From: Bacteriophage P2
Strand: one strand, 5' to 3'
Sequence record: NC_001895.1
DNA: 33,593 bases
The translations under genes were made by a program, and so were the position numbers. Each line of letters opens with the position of its first letter. The first letter of the stretch is position 1. Shown here piece after piece: positions 9,439 through 17,651 of this stretch. The notes under the pieces are model-generated. The model searched no databases, was not told where the DNA came from, and worked only from the letters and a program-made list of their open reading frames with translations.

Positions 9439-10224
9439 TTATGAGTGATTTTTATTTGATGCTTTGTATTCTAAAACCTTCTTATTGGCGTAAAAGAATT
9501 TTGTATATGACAGGAATATAACCAGACCTGAAGTGAAATAGACGAGGGATAGTATTAATAATGCTTTTTTGTGACTGTTATTATCTTTAATCTCCTGGCT
9601 TAACCATTCGGAGTCCTCCTCGTTTAGCTGTAAGAGCTTATTGCAGGCGATCTCAGGAAGTGTGTCTTTTATAAATACGTTTTGCAGTCTCTTGCAATCG
9701 GCAAGGCTATAAGTTTTATTAAATTCAACTGCTTTATTTTTGAAGGATAAAAGAACTTTGTCACTATAAACATAGTACATCATGTTTTTATATGGTATGC
9801 CTGTGGCATCCCTTACTATAACGGATTGTTCGTTGTGTATGTAACATGCGAGGAGAATGTAAAAAATACTGGCCAGAATTACAATTATTGTTTTAATTAT
9901 GTGTGGTGGTTTTGTTATGTCACCCCAGATACGAGTAAGGAAAAAATACGATGTTTTTAGTTTTCCATCAATCAGTCCCTGCTGTATCATTCTCACATTT
10001 TCAATGCCTGATACATTGATTCCGTTAATTATTTTAAATAGTTGAATGTCGCGCCACTCGCGGTCAAGTCTTTTTAATTTTTTGTCTGAATATCCAAAAT
10101 TGAAATAATGTGCAATAAGCCTCATAAGGTTACTTTTACCAAAGCTAAAAAATGCTAATACTGCAAAGCTACAAAGGAAAAAAACGATTAGCCCCCACAC
10201 ATTAGTCACATTATAGCTGACCAT
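9439..10224 (-). CDS. Low-GC accessory (moron) gene: 261-aa membrane protein with about three transmembrane helices, function unknown (P2 orf30 position)
   Basis: ATG at 10222-10224; AT-rich codon usage unlike flanking genes; hydrophobic segments VWGLIVFFLCSFAVLAFFSF, IIKTIIVILASIFYILLACYI, ALLILSLVYFTSGLVIFLSY; opposite strand to the late operons. Confidence 0.75.
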   Translation of the reverse strand: MVSYNVTNVWGLIVFFLCSFAVLAFFSFGKSNLMRLIAHYFNFGYSDKKLKRLDREWRDIQLFKIINGINVSGIENVRMIQQGLIDGKLKTSYFFLTRIWGDITKPPHIIKTIIVILASIFYILLACYIHNEQSVIVRDATGIPYKNMMYYVYSDKVLLSFKNKAVEFNKTYSLADCKRLQNVFIKDTLPEIACNKLLQLNEEDSEWLSQEIKDNNSHKKALLILSLVYFTSGLVIFLSYTKFFYANKKVLEYKASNKNHS

Positions 10225-10307
10225 TACGCTCTCCTTGAATGTTGTCTGGTAGTTCTACAAATGAATCCAGATAGCATAACTTTTATATATTGTGCAATCT
10301 CACATGC

Positions 10308-10943
10308 ATGAACACTCTCGCAAATATTCAGGAACTCGCGCGCGCACTGCGCAACATGATTCGCACTGGCATTATCGTCGAAACCGACCTTAACGCCGGT
10401 CGCTGCCGCGTGCAGACCGGCGGCATGTGCACCGACTGGCTTCAGTGGCTGACCCATCGCGCAGGACGTTCGCGCACATGGTGGGCACCTTCCGTGGGGG
10501 AACAGGTGCTGATTCTGGCCGTGGGTGGTGAACTCGACACGGCGTTCGTTCTGCCGGGGATTTATTCCGGCGATAACCCCTCGCCGTCTGTGTCGGCGGA
10601 TGCCCTGCATATCCGTTTCCCTGACGGGGCGGTGATTGAATATGAACCCGAAACCAGTGCACTCACGGTAAGCGGAATTAAAACGGCCAGCGTGACGGCT
10701 TCCGGTTCTGTTACTGCCACGGTGCCGGTGGTCATGGTGAAAGCATCAACCCGCGTCACCCTGGACACCCCGGAGGTGGTCTGCACCAACAGGCTGATTA
10801 CCGGCACGCTGGAAGTGCAGAAAGGCGGGACGATGCGCGGCAACATTGAACACACCGGCGGTGAACTCTCATCAAACGGTAAGGTACTGCATACCCATAA
10901 ACACCCCGGCGACAGCGGCGGCACAACCGGGAGTCCTTTATGA
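10308..10943 (+). CDS. V: Baseplate spike/assembly protein V
   Basis: ORF track starts at a TTG (10290); ATG at 10308 (MNTLANIQE...) gives 211 aa, matching gpV. Confidence 0.85.
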   Translation: MNTLANIQELARALRNMIRTGIIVETDLNAGRCRVQTGGMCTDWLQWLTHRAGRSRTWWAPSVGEQVLILAVGGELDTAFVLPGIYSGDNPSPSVSADALHIRFPDGAVIEYEPETSALTVSGIKTASVTASGSVTATVPVVMVKASTRVTLDTPEVVCTNRLITGTLEVQKGGTMRGNIEHTGGELSSNGKVLHTHKHPGDSGGTTGSPL

Positions 10944-11287
10944 CAGCGCGTTATCTCGGAATGAATCGCAGTGATGGCCTGACTGTCACTGACCTTGAGC
11001 ATATCAGCCAGAGTATCGGCGATATCCTGCGCACACCGGTCGGCTCACGGGTGATGCGTCGTGATTACGGCTCGTTGCTGGCGTCAATGATTGACCAGCC
11101 GCAGACCCCGGCGCTTGAGTTGCAGATTAAAGTCGCCTGTTACATGGCAGTGCTGAAATGGGAACCCCGCGTCACCCTGTCATCCGTCACCACGGCGCGC
11201 AGTTTTGACGGGCGAATGACGGTCACGTTAACCGGCCAGCACAACGACACCGGCCAGCCACTTTCATTAACCATCCCTGTGAGTTGA
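10940..11287 (+). CDS. W: Baseplate protein W (gp25-like)
   Basis: 115-aa ORF overlapping the V stop; expected order. Confidence 0.85.
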   Translation: MTARYLGMNRSDGLTVTDLEHISQSIGDILRTPVGSRVMRRDYGSLLASMIDQPQTPALELQIKVACYMAVLKWEPRVTLSSVTTARSFDGRMTVTLTGQHNDTGQPLSLTIPVS

Positions 11288-11291
11288 AACC

Positions 11292-12200
11292 ATGCCGATT
11301 ATCGACCTGAACCAGCTACCCGCACCGGATGTGGTCGAGGAGCTGGACTTTGAAAGCATTCTCGCTGAACGCAAGGCGACACTGATTTCCCTTTACCCGG
11401 AAGATCAGCAGGAGGCGGTCGCCCGTACCCTGACACTGGAATCTGAGCCTCTCGTCAAACTGCTGGAAGAAAATGCTTATCGTGAGCTTATCTGGCGTCA
11501 GCGTGTGAATGAGGCCGCACGGGCGGTGATGCTGGCCTGTGCCGCCGGTAATGACCTTGATGTGATTGGTGCCAATTACAACACCACGCGCCTGACTATC
11601 ACCCCGGCAGATGATTCGACCATCCCGCCGACACCGGCAGTGATGGAATCTGACACCGATTATCGTCTGCGTATTCAGCAGGCTTTTGAGGGCTTAAGCG
11701 TCGCCGGGTCAGTGGGAGCCTATCAGTATCATGGTCGCAGTGCTGACGGGCGTGTCGCGGATATTTCTGTCACCAGTCCGTCTCCGGCCTGTGTCACCAT
11801 CTCTGTGCTGTCACGTGAAAATAACGGCGTCGCATCCGAAGACCTGCTGGCTGTGGTGCGTAACGCCCTTAATGGCGAGGACGTCAGGCCGGTGGCCGAC
11901 CGCGTGACCGTGCAGTCTGCCGCCATCGTTGAATACCAGATAAACGCCACGCTTTACCTTTACCCTGGTCCCGAAAGCGAACCCATCCGCGCTGCCGCTG
12001 TGAAAAAGCTGGAAGCGTATATCACGGCACAGCACCGGCTGGGGCGCGACATCCGTCTGTCTGCCATTTATGCCGCTTTGCATGTGGAAGGTGTGCAGCG
12101 TGTCGAACTGGCTGCACCACTGGCCGACATCGTGCTCAACAGTACGCAGGCGTCTTTCTGTACCGAATACCGCGTCGTGACCGGAGGCTCGGATGAGTGA
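11292..12200 (+). CDS. J: Baseplate wedge protein J
   Basis: 302-aa ORF; expected order and length. Confidence 0.85.
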   Translation: MPIIDLNQLPAPDVVEELDFESILAERKATLISLYPEDQQEAVARTLTLESEPLVKLLEENAYRELIWRQRVNEAARAVMLACAAGNDLDVIGANYNTTRLTITPADDSTIPPTPAVMESDTDYRLRIQQAFEGLSVAGSVGAYQYHGRSADGRVADISVTSPSPACVTISVLSRENNGVASEDLLAVVRNALNGEDVRPVADRVTVQSAAIVEYQINATLYLYPGPESEPIRAAAVKKLEAYITAQHRLGRDIRLSAIYAALHVEGVQRVELAAPLADIVLNSTQASFCTEYRVVTGGSDE

Positions 12201-12723
12201 TTCGCGACTGCTGCCGACCGGCTCATCACCGCTTGAGGTCGCCGCCGCAAAAGCCTGTGCGGAAATTGAAAAAACGCCGGTCAGTATTCGTGAACTGTGG
12301 AACCCGGACACCTGTCCGGCAAATCTGCTGCCGTGGCTGGCGTGGGCGTTTTCGGTCGACAGGTGGGATGAAAAGTGGCCGGAAGCGACAAAACGCGCCG
12401 TTATCCGCGATGCCTATTTCATCCACTGTCATAAGGGCACGATAGGTGCAATCCGGCGTGTGGTGGAGCCGCTCGGCTATCTCATCAACGTGACGGAGTG
12501 GTGGGAAAACAGTGACCCGCCCGGCACCTTCCGGCTTGATATTGGTGTACTGGAAAGCGGTATCACAGAGGCAATGTATCAGGAAATGGAACGGCTGATT
12601 GCTGATGCCAAACCTGCAAGCCGTCACCTTATTGGCCTGAACATTACCCGGGACATTCCCGGCTATCTGTTCGCCGGTGGTGTGGCTTACGACGGCGATG
12701 TAATTACGGTTTACCCCGGATAA
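12193..12723 (+). CDS. I: Baseplate protein I
   Basis: 176-aa ORF overlapping the J stop; expected order and length. Confidence 0.85.
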   Translation: MSDSRLLPTGSSPLEVAAAKACAEIEKTPVSIRELWNPDTCPANLLPWLAWAFSVDRWDEKWPEATKRAVIRDAYFIHCHKGTIGAIRRVVEPLGYLINVTEWWENSDPPGTFRLDIGVLESGITEAMYQEMERLIADAKPASRHLIGLNITRDIPGYLFAGGVAYDGDVITVYPG

Positions 12724-12733
12724 GTGAGGAATA

Positions 12734-14743
12734 ATGAGCATAAAATTCAGAACCGTTATCACCACTGCCGGTGCAGCAAAGCTGGCAGCGGCAACCGCGC
12801 CGGGAAGGCGGAAGGTCGGCATTACCACGATGGCCGTCGGGGATGGCGGTGGTAAATTGCCTGTCCCGGATGCCGGACAGACCGGGCTTATCCATGAAGT
12901 CTGGCGACATGCGCTGAACAAAATCAGCCAGGACAAACGAAACAGTAATTATATTATCGCCGAGCTGGTTATTCCGCCGGAGGTGGGCGGTTTCTGGATG
13001 CGTGAGCTTGGCCTGTACGATGATGCGGGAACGTTAATTGCCGTGGCGAACATGGCCGAAAGCTATAAGCCAGCCCTTGCCGAAGGCTCAGGACGTTGGC
13101 AGACCTGTCGCATGGTCATCATCGTCAGCAGTGTGGCCTCAGTGGAGCTGACCATTGACACCACAACGGTGATGGCGACGCAGGATTACGTTGATGACAA
13201 AATTGCAGAGCACGAACAGTCACGACGTCACCCGGACGCCTCGCTGACAGCAAAAGGTTTTACTCAGTTAAGCAGTGCGACCAACAGCACGTCTGAAACA
13301 CTGGCCGCAACGCCGAAAGCGGTAAAGGCCGCGTATGACCTGGCTAACGGGAAATATACCGCACAGGACGCCACCACAGCGCGAAAAGGCCTTGTCCAGC
13401 TTAGTAGCGCCACCAACAGCACGTCTGAAACGCTCGCCGCAACACCAAAAGCCGTTAAGACGGTAATGGATGAAACGAACAAAAAAGCGCCATTAAACAG
13501 CCCTGCACTGACCGGAACGCCAACGACGCCAACTGCGCGACAGGGAACGAATAATACTCAGATCGCAAACACGGCTTTCGTTATGGCCGCGATTGCCGCC
13601 CTTGTAGACTCGTCGCCTGACGCACTGAATACGCTGAACGAGCTGGCGGCGGCGCTGGGCAATGACCCGAATTTTGCTACCACCATGACTAATGCGCTTG
13701 CGGGTAAGCAACCGAAAGATGCTACCCTGACGGCGCTGGCGGGGCTTGCTACTGCGGCAGACAGGTTTCCGTATTTTACGGGGAATGATGTTGCCAGCCT
13801 GGCGACCCTGACAAAAGTCGGGCGGGATATTCTGGCTAAATCGACCGTTGCCGCCGTTATCGAATATCTCGGTTTACAGGAAACGGTAAACCGAGCCGGG
13901 AACGCCGTGCAAAAAAATGGCGATACCTTGTCCGGTGGACTTACTTTTGAAAACGACTCAATCCTTGCCTGGATTCGAAATACTGACTGGGCGAAGATTG
14001 GATTTAAAAATGATGCCGATGGTGACACTGATTCATACATGTGGTTTGAAACGGGGGATAACGGCAATGAATATTTCAAATGGAGAAGCCGCCAGAGTAC
14101 CACAACAAAAGACCTGATGACGTTGAAATGGGATGCACTAAATATTCTTGTTAATGCCGTCATTAATGGCTGTTTTGGAGTTGGTACGACGAATGCACTA
14201 GGTGGTAGCTCTATTGTTCTTGGTGATAATGATACCGGATTTAAACAGAATGGAGACGGTATTCTTGATGTTTATGCTAACAGTCAGCGTGTATTCCGTT
14301 TTCAGAATGGAGTGGCTATTGCTTTTAAAAATATTCAGGCAGGTGATAGTAAAAAGTTCTCGCTATCCAGCTCTAATACATCCACGAAGAATATTACCTT
14401 TAATTTATGGGGTGCTTCCACCCGTCCAGTGGTTGCAGAGTTAGGCGATGAGGCCGGATGGCATTTCTATAGCCAGCGAAATACAGATAACTCGGTAATA
14501 TTTGCTGTTAACGGTCAGATGCAACCCAGCAACTGGGGAAATTTTGATTCCCGCTATGTGAAAGATGTTCGCCTGGGTACGCGAGTTGTTCAATTGATGG
14601 CGCGAGGTGGTCGTTATGAAAAAGCCGGACACACGATTACCGGATTAAGAATCATTGGTGAAGTAGATGGCGATGATGAAGCCATCTTCAGGCCGATACA
14701 AAAATACATCAATGGCACATGGTATAACGTTGCGCAGGTGTAA
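12734..14743 (+). CDS. H: Tail fibre protein
   Basis: 669-aa ORF; internal tandem QLSSATNSTSETLAATPKAVK motif typical of tail fibres; C-terminal third is AT-richer than the N-terminal part. Confidence 0.9.
   Translation: MSIKFRTVITTAGAAKLAAATAPGRRKVGITTMAVGDGGGKLPVPDAGQTGLIHEVWRHALNKISQDKRNSNYIIAELVIPPEVGGFWMRELGLYDDAGTLIAVANMAESYKPALAEGSGRWQTCRMVIIVSSVASVELTIDTTTVMATQDYVDDKIAEHEQSRRHPDASLTAKGFTQLSSATNSTSETLAATPKAVKAAYDLANGKYTAQDATTARKGLVQLSSATNSTSETLAATPKAVKTVMDETNKKAPLNSPALTGTPTTPTARQGTNNTQIANTAFVMAAIAALVDSSPDALNTLNELAAALGNDPNFATTMTNALAGKQPKDATLTALAGLATAADRFPYFTGNDVASLATLTKVGRDILAKSTVAAVIEYLGLQETVNRAGNAVQKNGDTLSGGLTFENDSILAWIRNTDWAKIGFKNDADGDTDSYMWFETGDNGNEYFKWRSRQSTTTKDLMTLKWDALNILVNAVINGCFGVGTTNALGGSSIVLGDNDTGFKQNGDGILDVYANSQRVFRFQNGVAIAFKNIQAGDSKKFSLSSSNTSTKNITFNLWGASTRPVVAELGDEAGWHFYSQRNTDNSVIFAVNGQMQPSNWGNFDSRYVKDVRLGTRVVQLMARGGRYEKAGHTITGLRIIGEVDGDDEAIFRPIQKYINGTWYNVAQV
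13265..13460 (+). repeat. Imperfect direct repeat (about 64 nt, twice, period 132 nt) inside tail fibre gene H
   Basis: 13265-13328 and 13397-13460 are near-identical at nucleotide level; they encode the duplicated peptide QLSSATNSTSETLAATPKAVK; the minus-strand shadow ORF 13264-13482 shows the same duplication. Confidence 0.8.
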
Positions 14744-14746
14744 GTT

Positions 14747-15274
14747 ATGCAGCATTTAAAGAACATTAAGTCAGGTAATCCAAAAACAAAAGAGCAATAT
14801 CAGCTAACAAAGAATTTTGATGTTATCTGGTTATGGTCCGAAGACGGAAAAAACTGGTATGAGGAAGTGAAGAACTTTCAGCCAGACACAATAAAGATTG
14901 TTTACGATGAAAATAATATTATTGTCGCTATCACCAGAGATGCTTCAACGCTTAATCCTGAAGGTTTTAGCGTTGTTGAGGTTCCTGATATTACCTCCAA
15001 CCGACGTGCTGACGACTCAGGTAAATGGATGTTTAAGGATGGTGCTGTGGTTAAACGGATTTATACGGCAGATGAACAGCAACAACAGGCAGAATCACAA
15101 AAGGCCGCGTTACTTTCCGAAGCGGAAAACGTTATTCAGCCACTGGAACGCGCTGTCAGGCTGAATATGGCGACGGATGAGGAACGTGCACGACTGGAGT
15201 CATGGGAACGTTACAGCGTTCTGGTCAGCCGTGTGGATCCTGCAAATCCTGAATGGCCGGAAATGCCGCAATAA
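14747..15274 (+). CDS. G: Tail fibre assembly chaperone
   Basis: 175-aa ORF immediately downstream of H; AT-richer composition shared with the 3' part of H. Confidence 0.85.
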   Translation: MQHLKNIKSGNPKTKEQYQLTKNFDVIWLWSEDGKNWYEEVKNFQPDTIKIVYDENNIIVAITRDASTLNPEGFSVVEVPDITSNRRADDSGKWMFKDGAVVKRIYTADEQQQQAESQKAALLSEAENVIQPLERAVRLNMATDEERARLESWERYSVLVSRVDPANPEWPEMPQ

Positions 15275-15674
15275 GTTGTATGACCTCTGTTGTGAACTTA
15301 CATATCTATGGCACAGAGTAAAGCCTAATCTGAAGTCCACTCTGTGCCAAAAGCGGACCTTATAAACAAGAACAATGGTCATATCAGTGTGTTTTGATTG
15401 CATAGCTAACGTGCGTCTTCCTGTACAGAATCATAAGATGATAGGGCATAGGAGATGATTATTATCGCGTGTTTTAAAAATAGCTTTCTGCATCAAGTGT
15501 CACTTGCGAAGAGGTATTGGCGCTATGATTGGCATCACTCAGTTCAGATAATATTTTAAATATTTGGTAAATGTTCAGATTACACAATTCGGTCTGCGTC
15601 CCGTTAAAATTATCTACTATTAGTTATTACTATGAGGTGAATGGCAAGTGTTTTCCACTCGCCATTTTTGTTTT

Positions 15675-17261
15675 TTATTTTTTTAAAGCCTTTCCGACGT
15701 TTAAGGATTTTGCCAAGCCATAAAATATTTGATATTTCATTCCTGTTTTTATTTTTGGTGAGATATTTGCGTAACTTCTTTCTCTAAAACACCAACGTAT
15801 AAACCTATTATTATCTTCGGTTGTTTCTATATAGCATATTACATTGAGACCAAAAAGAAACTGAAGGAAGTCATTTGCAGTTGTCATGAATTTTGGTTTT
15901 GTTGTGGAAATGGAACTAATATGAGTTTCAAGTTGTTTATATGCTAAGAGGTATTCAGCGTAATCAAAAGTATCTTTTCCAGAGAGGAATTCAAAGAACT
16001 TTAAAAAAATCTCATAATGTTCACTTCCATAATAAAATGATAAATGATCTTTTATTTCTCCAAGTAAATAGTTAGAGTAATCTCTTTGCATGCTAGGACT
16101 TTCAAAGTCATCTAGACTAAATTGATTTTTCCCATCATCACCGCTGGCGTGTGATTTGATAATTTCGAGCATCCGTAATATATCTCTTGGGCGATAATAT
16201 GACCAGCGAAGGAAATTAATAAATGATGTGGGGTGGTTATAATTATCATGGACGTTGGGTGAATCCCAAGGGAAATAATGGTCCCATGCCTGTCCCTTTT
16301 TAAGGGCCATGTCTTGCTGAGTCCTAAGCAGATGATCTAATACCTCAAATAATTGAGAGCTACGGTGGTTAACATATTCTGTCCGCCAGTCCAAGAATAC
16401 TGAATTATCTCTGATTTTTGCGTTTTGATTTTGTAATCCTATGGATTCAAATATATCTGGCCTGATCAAGAGAACGGCCTTCATTCTCCCTTTTCCTCCC
16501 TTTATACTTGGGAAGAAATCGTTGTTAATCTCCCAGACTGCGTGAGCTAATCCTTTTATACATTCTAGATAATCATCGTATGGAATTGAGGAAGGGCGGA
16601 TATCAATACCATCGATAAATAAAATATGATTTTGAGATAAACGTATTTGGCTAAAGGCCTCTTCAAATTTTTTTTGTATATAAAATAAATTTATCTGAAA
16701 TCTGCTCTCAGAAAAAGATAAAGACTCTCTTTCTTCACCTTTTAAGGTTGCATGCTTATGAAGTAGTTCGGCTGCAACTTTTGACTCTTGAACAAAACTG
16801 AGGGCTTGAATTATTTCTGGTGAAAATGCCTTAAGATAATACTCATCTATTGCATCATTAAGTGATGAGAATTTTGAATAATTTAGTAACTTTGAAATTT
16901 TCCCTTCTTTATCTAATACTTGTTTTGATATTAATAAATATAGAATAACTTTCCATATGCCAGAGAAGTCAGACAAATTTAAATGCTTTTCAGATTTAAG
17001 AGTGATAAATTTTTGATATTCTGTCTCTCTTATATATTTAGTTGTAGCTAGCGTATTGTTAATATTGTTATTTGAGAGATAGATAGAGTATGCGGTTTTA
17101 CCAGTACCTTTCTCTCCTACAAGAAACGATATATTTGGTTCACATAATCTAGATAGGTGATTATCACGTATGAACACTTTGTTAAGTAATTCTTTATTCT
17201 CCCTTCTCTTATAATTTTCAGCATCAGCATAGCCAAGAGTTAGATCTTTGATTGGTATCAT
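15675..17261 (-). CDS. fun: Low-GC accessory gene: 528-aa P-loop NTPase (Walker A GEKGTGKT; candidate Walker B ILFIDGIDIR), candidate phage-exclusion protein at the Z/fun position
   Basis: ATG at 17259-17261 with GAGGT RBS; strongly AT-rich; minus strand between plus-strand G and FI; flanked by about 400-bp AT-rich non-coding regions; gene symbol assigned from position in the P2 map, not from sequence comparison. Confidence 0.75.
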   Translation of the reverse strand: MIPIKDLTLGYADAENYKRRENKELLNKVFIRDNHLSRLCEPNISFLVGEKGTGKTAYSIYLSNNNINNTLATTKYIRETEYQKFITLKSEKHLNLSDFSGIWKVILYLLISKQVLDKEGKISKLLNYSKFSSLNDAIDEYYLKAFSPEIIQALSFVQESKVAAELLHKHATLKGEERESLSFSESRFQINLFYIQKKFEEAFSQIRLSQNHILFIDGIDIRPSSIPYDDYLECIKGLAHAVWEINNDFFPSIKGGKGRMKAVLLIRPDIFESIGLQNQNAKIRDNSVFLDWRTEYVNHRSSQLFEVLDHLLRTQQDMALKKGQAWDHYFPWDSPNVHDNYNHPTSFINFLRWSYYRPRDILRMLEIIKSHASGDDGKNQFSLDDFESPSMQRDYSNYLLGEIKDHLSFYYGSEHYEIFLKFFEFLSGKDTFDYAEYLLAYKQLETHISSISTTKPKFMTTANDFLQFLFGLNVICYIETTEDNNRFIRWCFRERSYANISPKIKTGMKYQIFYGLAKSLNVGKALKK

Positions 17262-17651
17262 TATTACCTCAACTAAAGCAATTGAAAAACATATGGTTAT
17301 AAAAACATAGCGCTGCTCTGTCGCATATTGTGGATATCAACATATGAAATGTAAAGGAACTATTTGTGGATGAATGAACCGAATCGCTGTAGCTTCGGTA
17401 GTCATCTTTCAGACTTGTATAAATGAACAACTTCCGCTTCTCGCTCAAAGGAAACTGTCAGATTTGATAGCTTTTGGGCTATGTAAACTGTCAGTCGGAA
17501 AATGAGTGAGTACAAATCAGGGCAGGTGAGCGAATTGCCCGCCTTTTCTTTACCGGTGGTTGTGCTGTCGATTAGCCAACCGGGACAAATAGCCTGACAT
17601 CTCCGGCGCAACTGAAAATACCACTCACCCATTAACCACGGAGTTAAACGG
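17262..17651. promoter_or_regulatory. Divergent intergenic region: promoter of the minus-strand NTPase gene and late promoter for the FI operon
   Basis: 390-bp non-coding gap between divergent genes; P2-type late promoter for the tail sheath operon is expected upstream of FI; exact elements not resolved by eye. Confidence 0.4.

Noticed and set aside
9368-10307. Insertion sequence or transposon as the origin of the AT-rich islands
   Set aside because: No transposase-like ORF, no terminal inverted repeats and no target-site duplications were seen flanking any of the three islands; they look like moron cargo rather than mobile elements.
12226-12936. 236-aa minus-strand ORF spanning the I/H junction
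   Set aside because: Antisense to two well-supported baseplate and fibre genes; no RBS; composition artefact.
13558-14163. 201-aa minus-strand ORF within tail fibre gene H
   Set aside because: Antisense shadow of H; Ser/Ala-rich low-complexity translation.
15177-15403. Two small overlapping ORFs (62 and 67 aa) in the G to island intergenic region
   Set aside because: Mutually overlapping on opposite strands, no RBS, and they span the inverted repeat; judged non-coding.
17402-17632. 76-aa minus-strand ORF in the intergenic region upstream of FI
   Set aside because: No RBS and it lies in the expected promoter/leader region of the sheath operon; more likely non-coding regulatory DNA.
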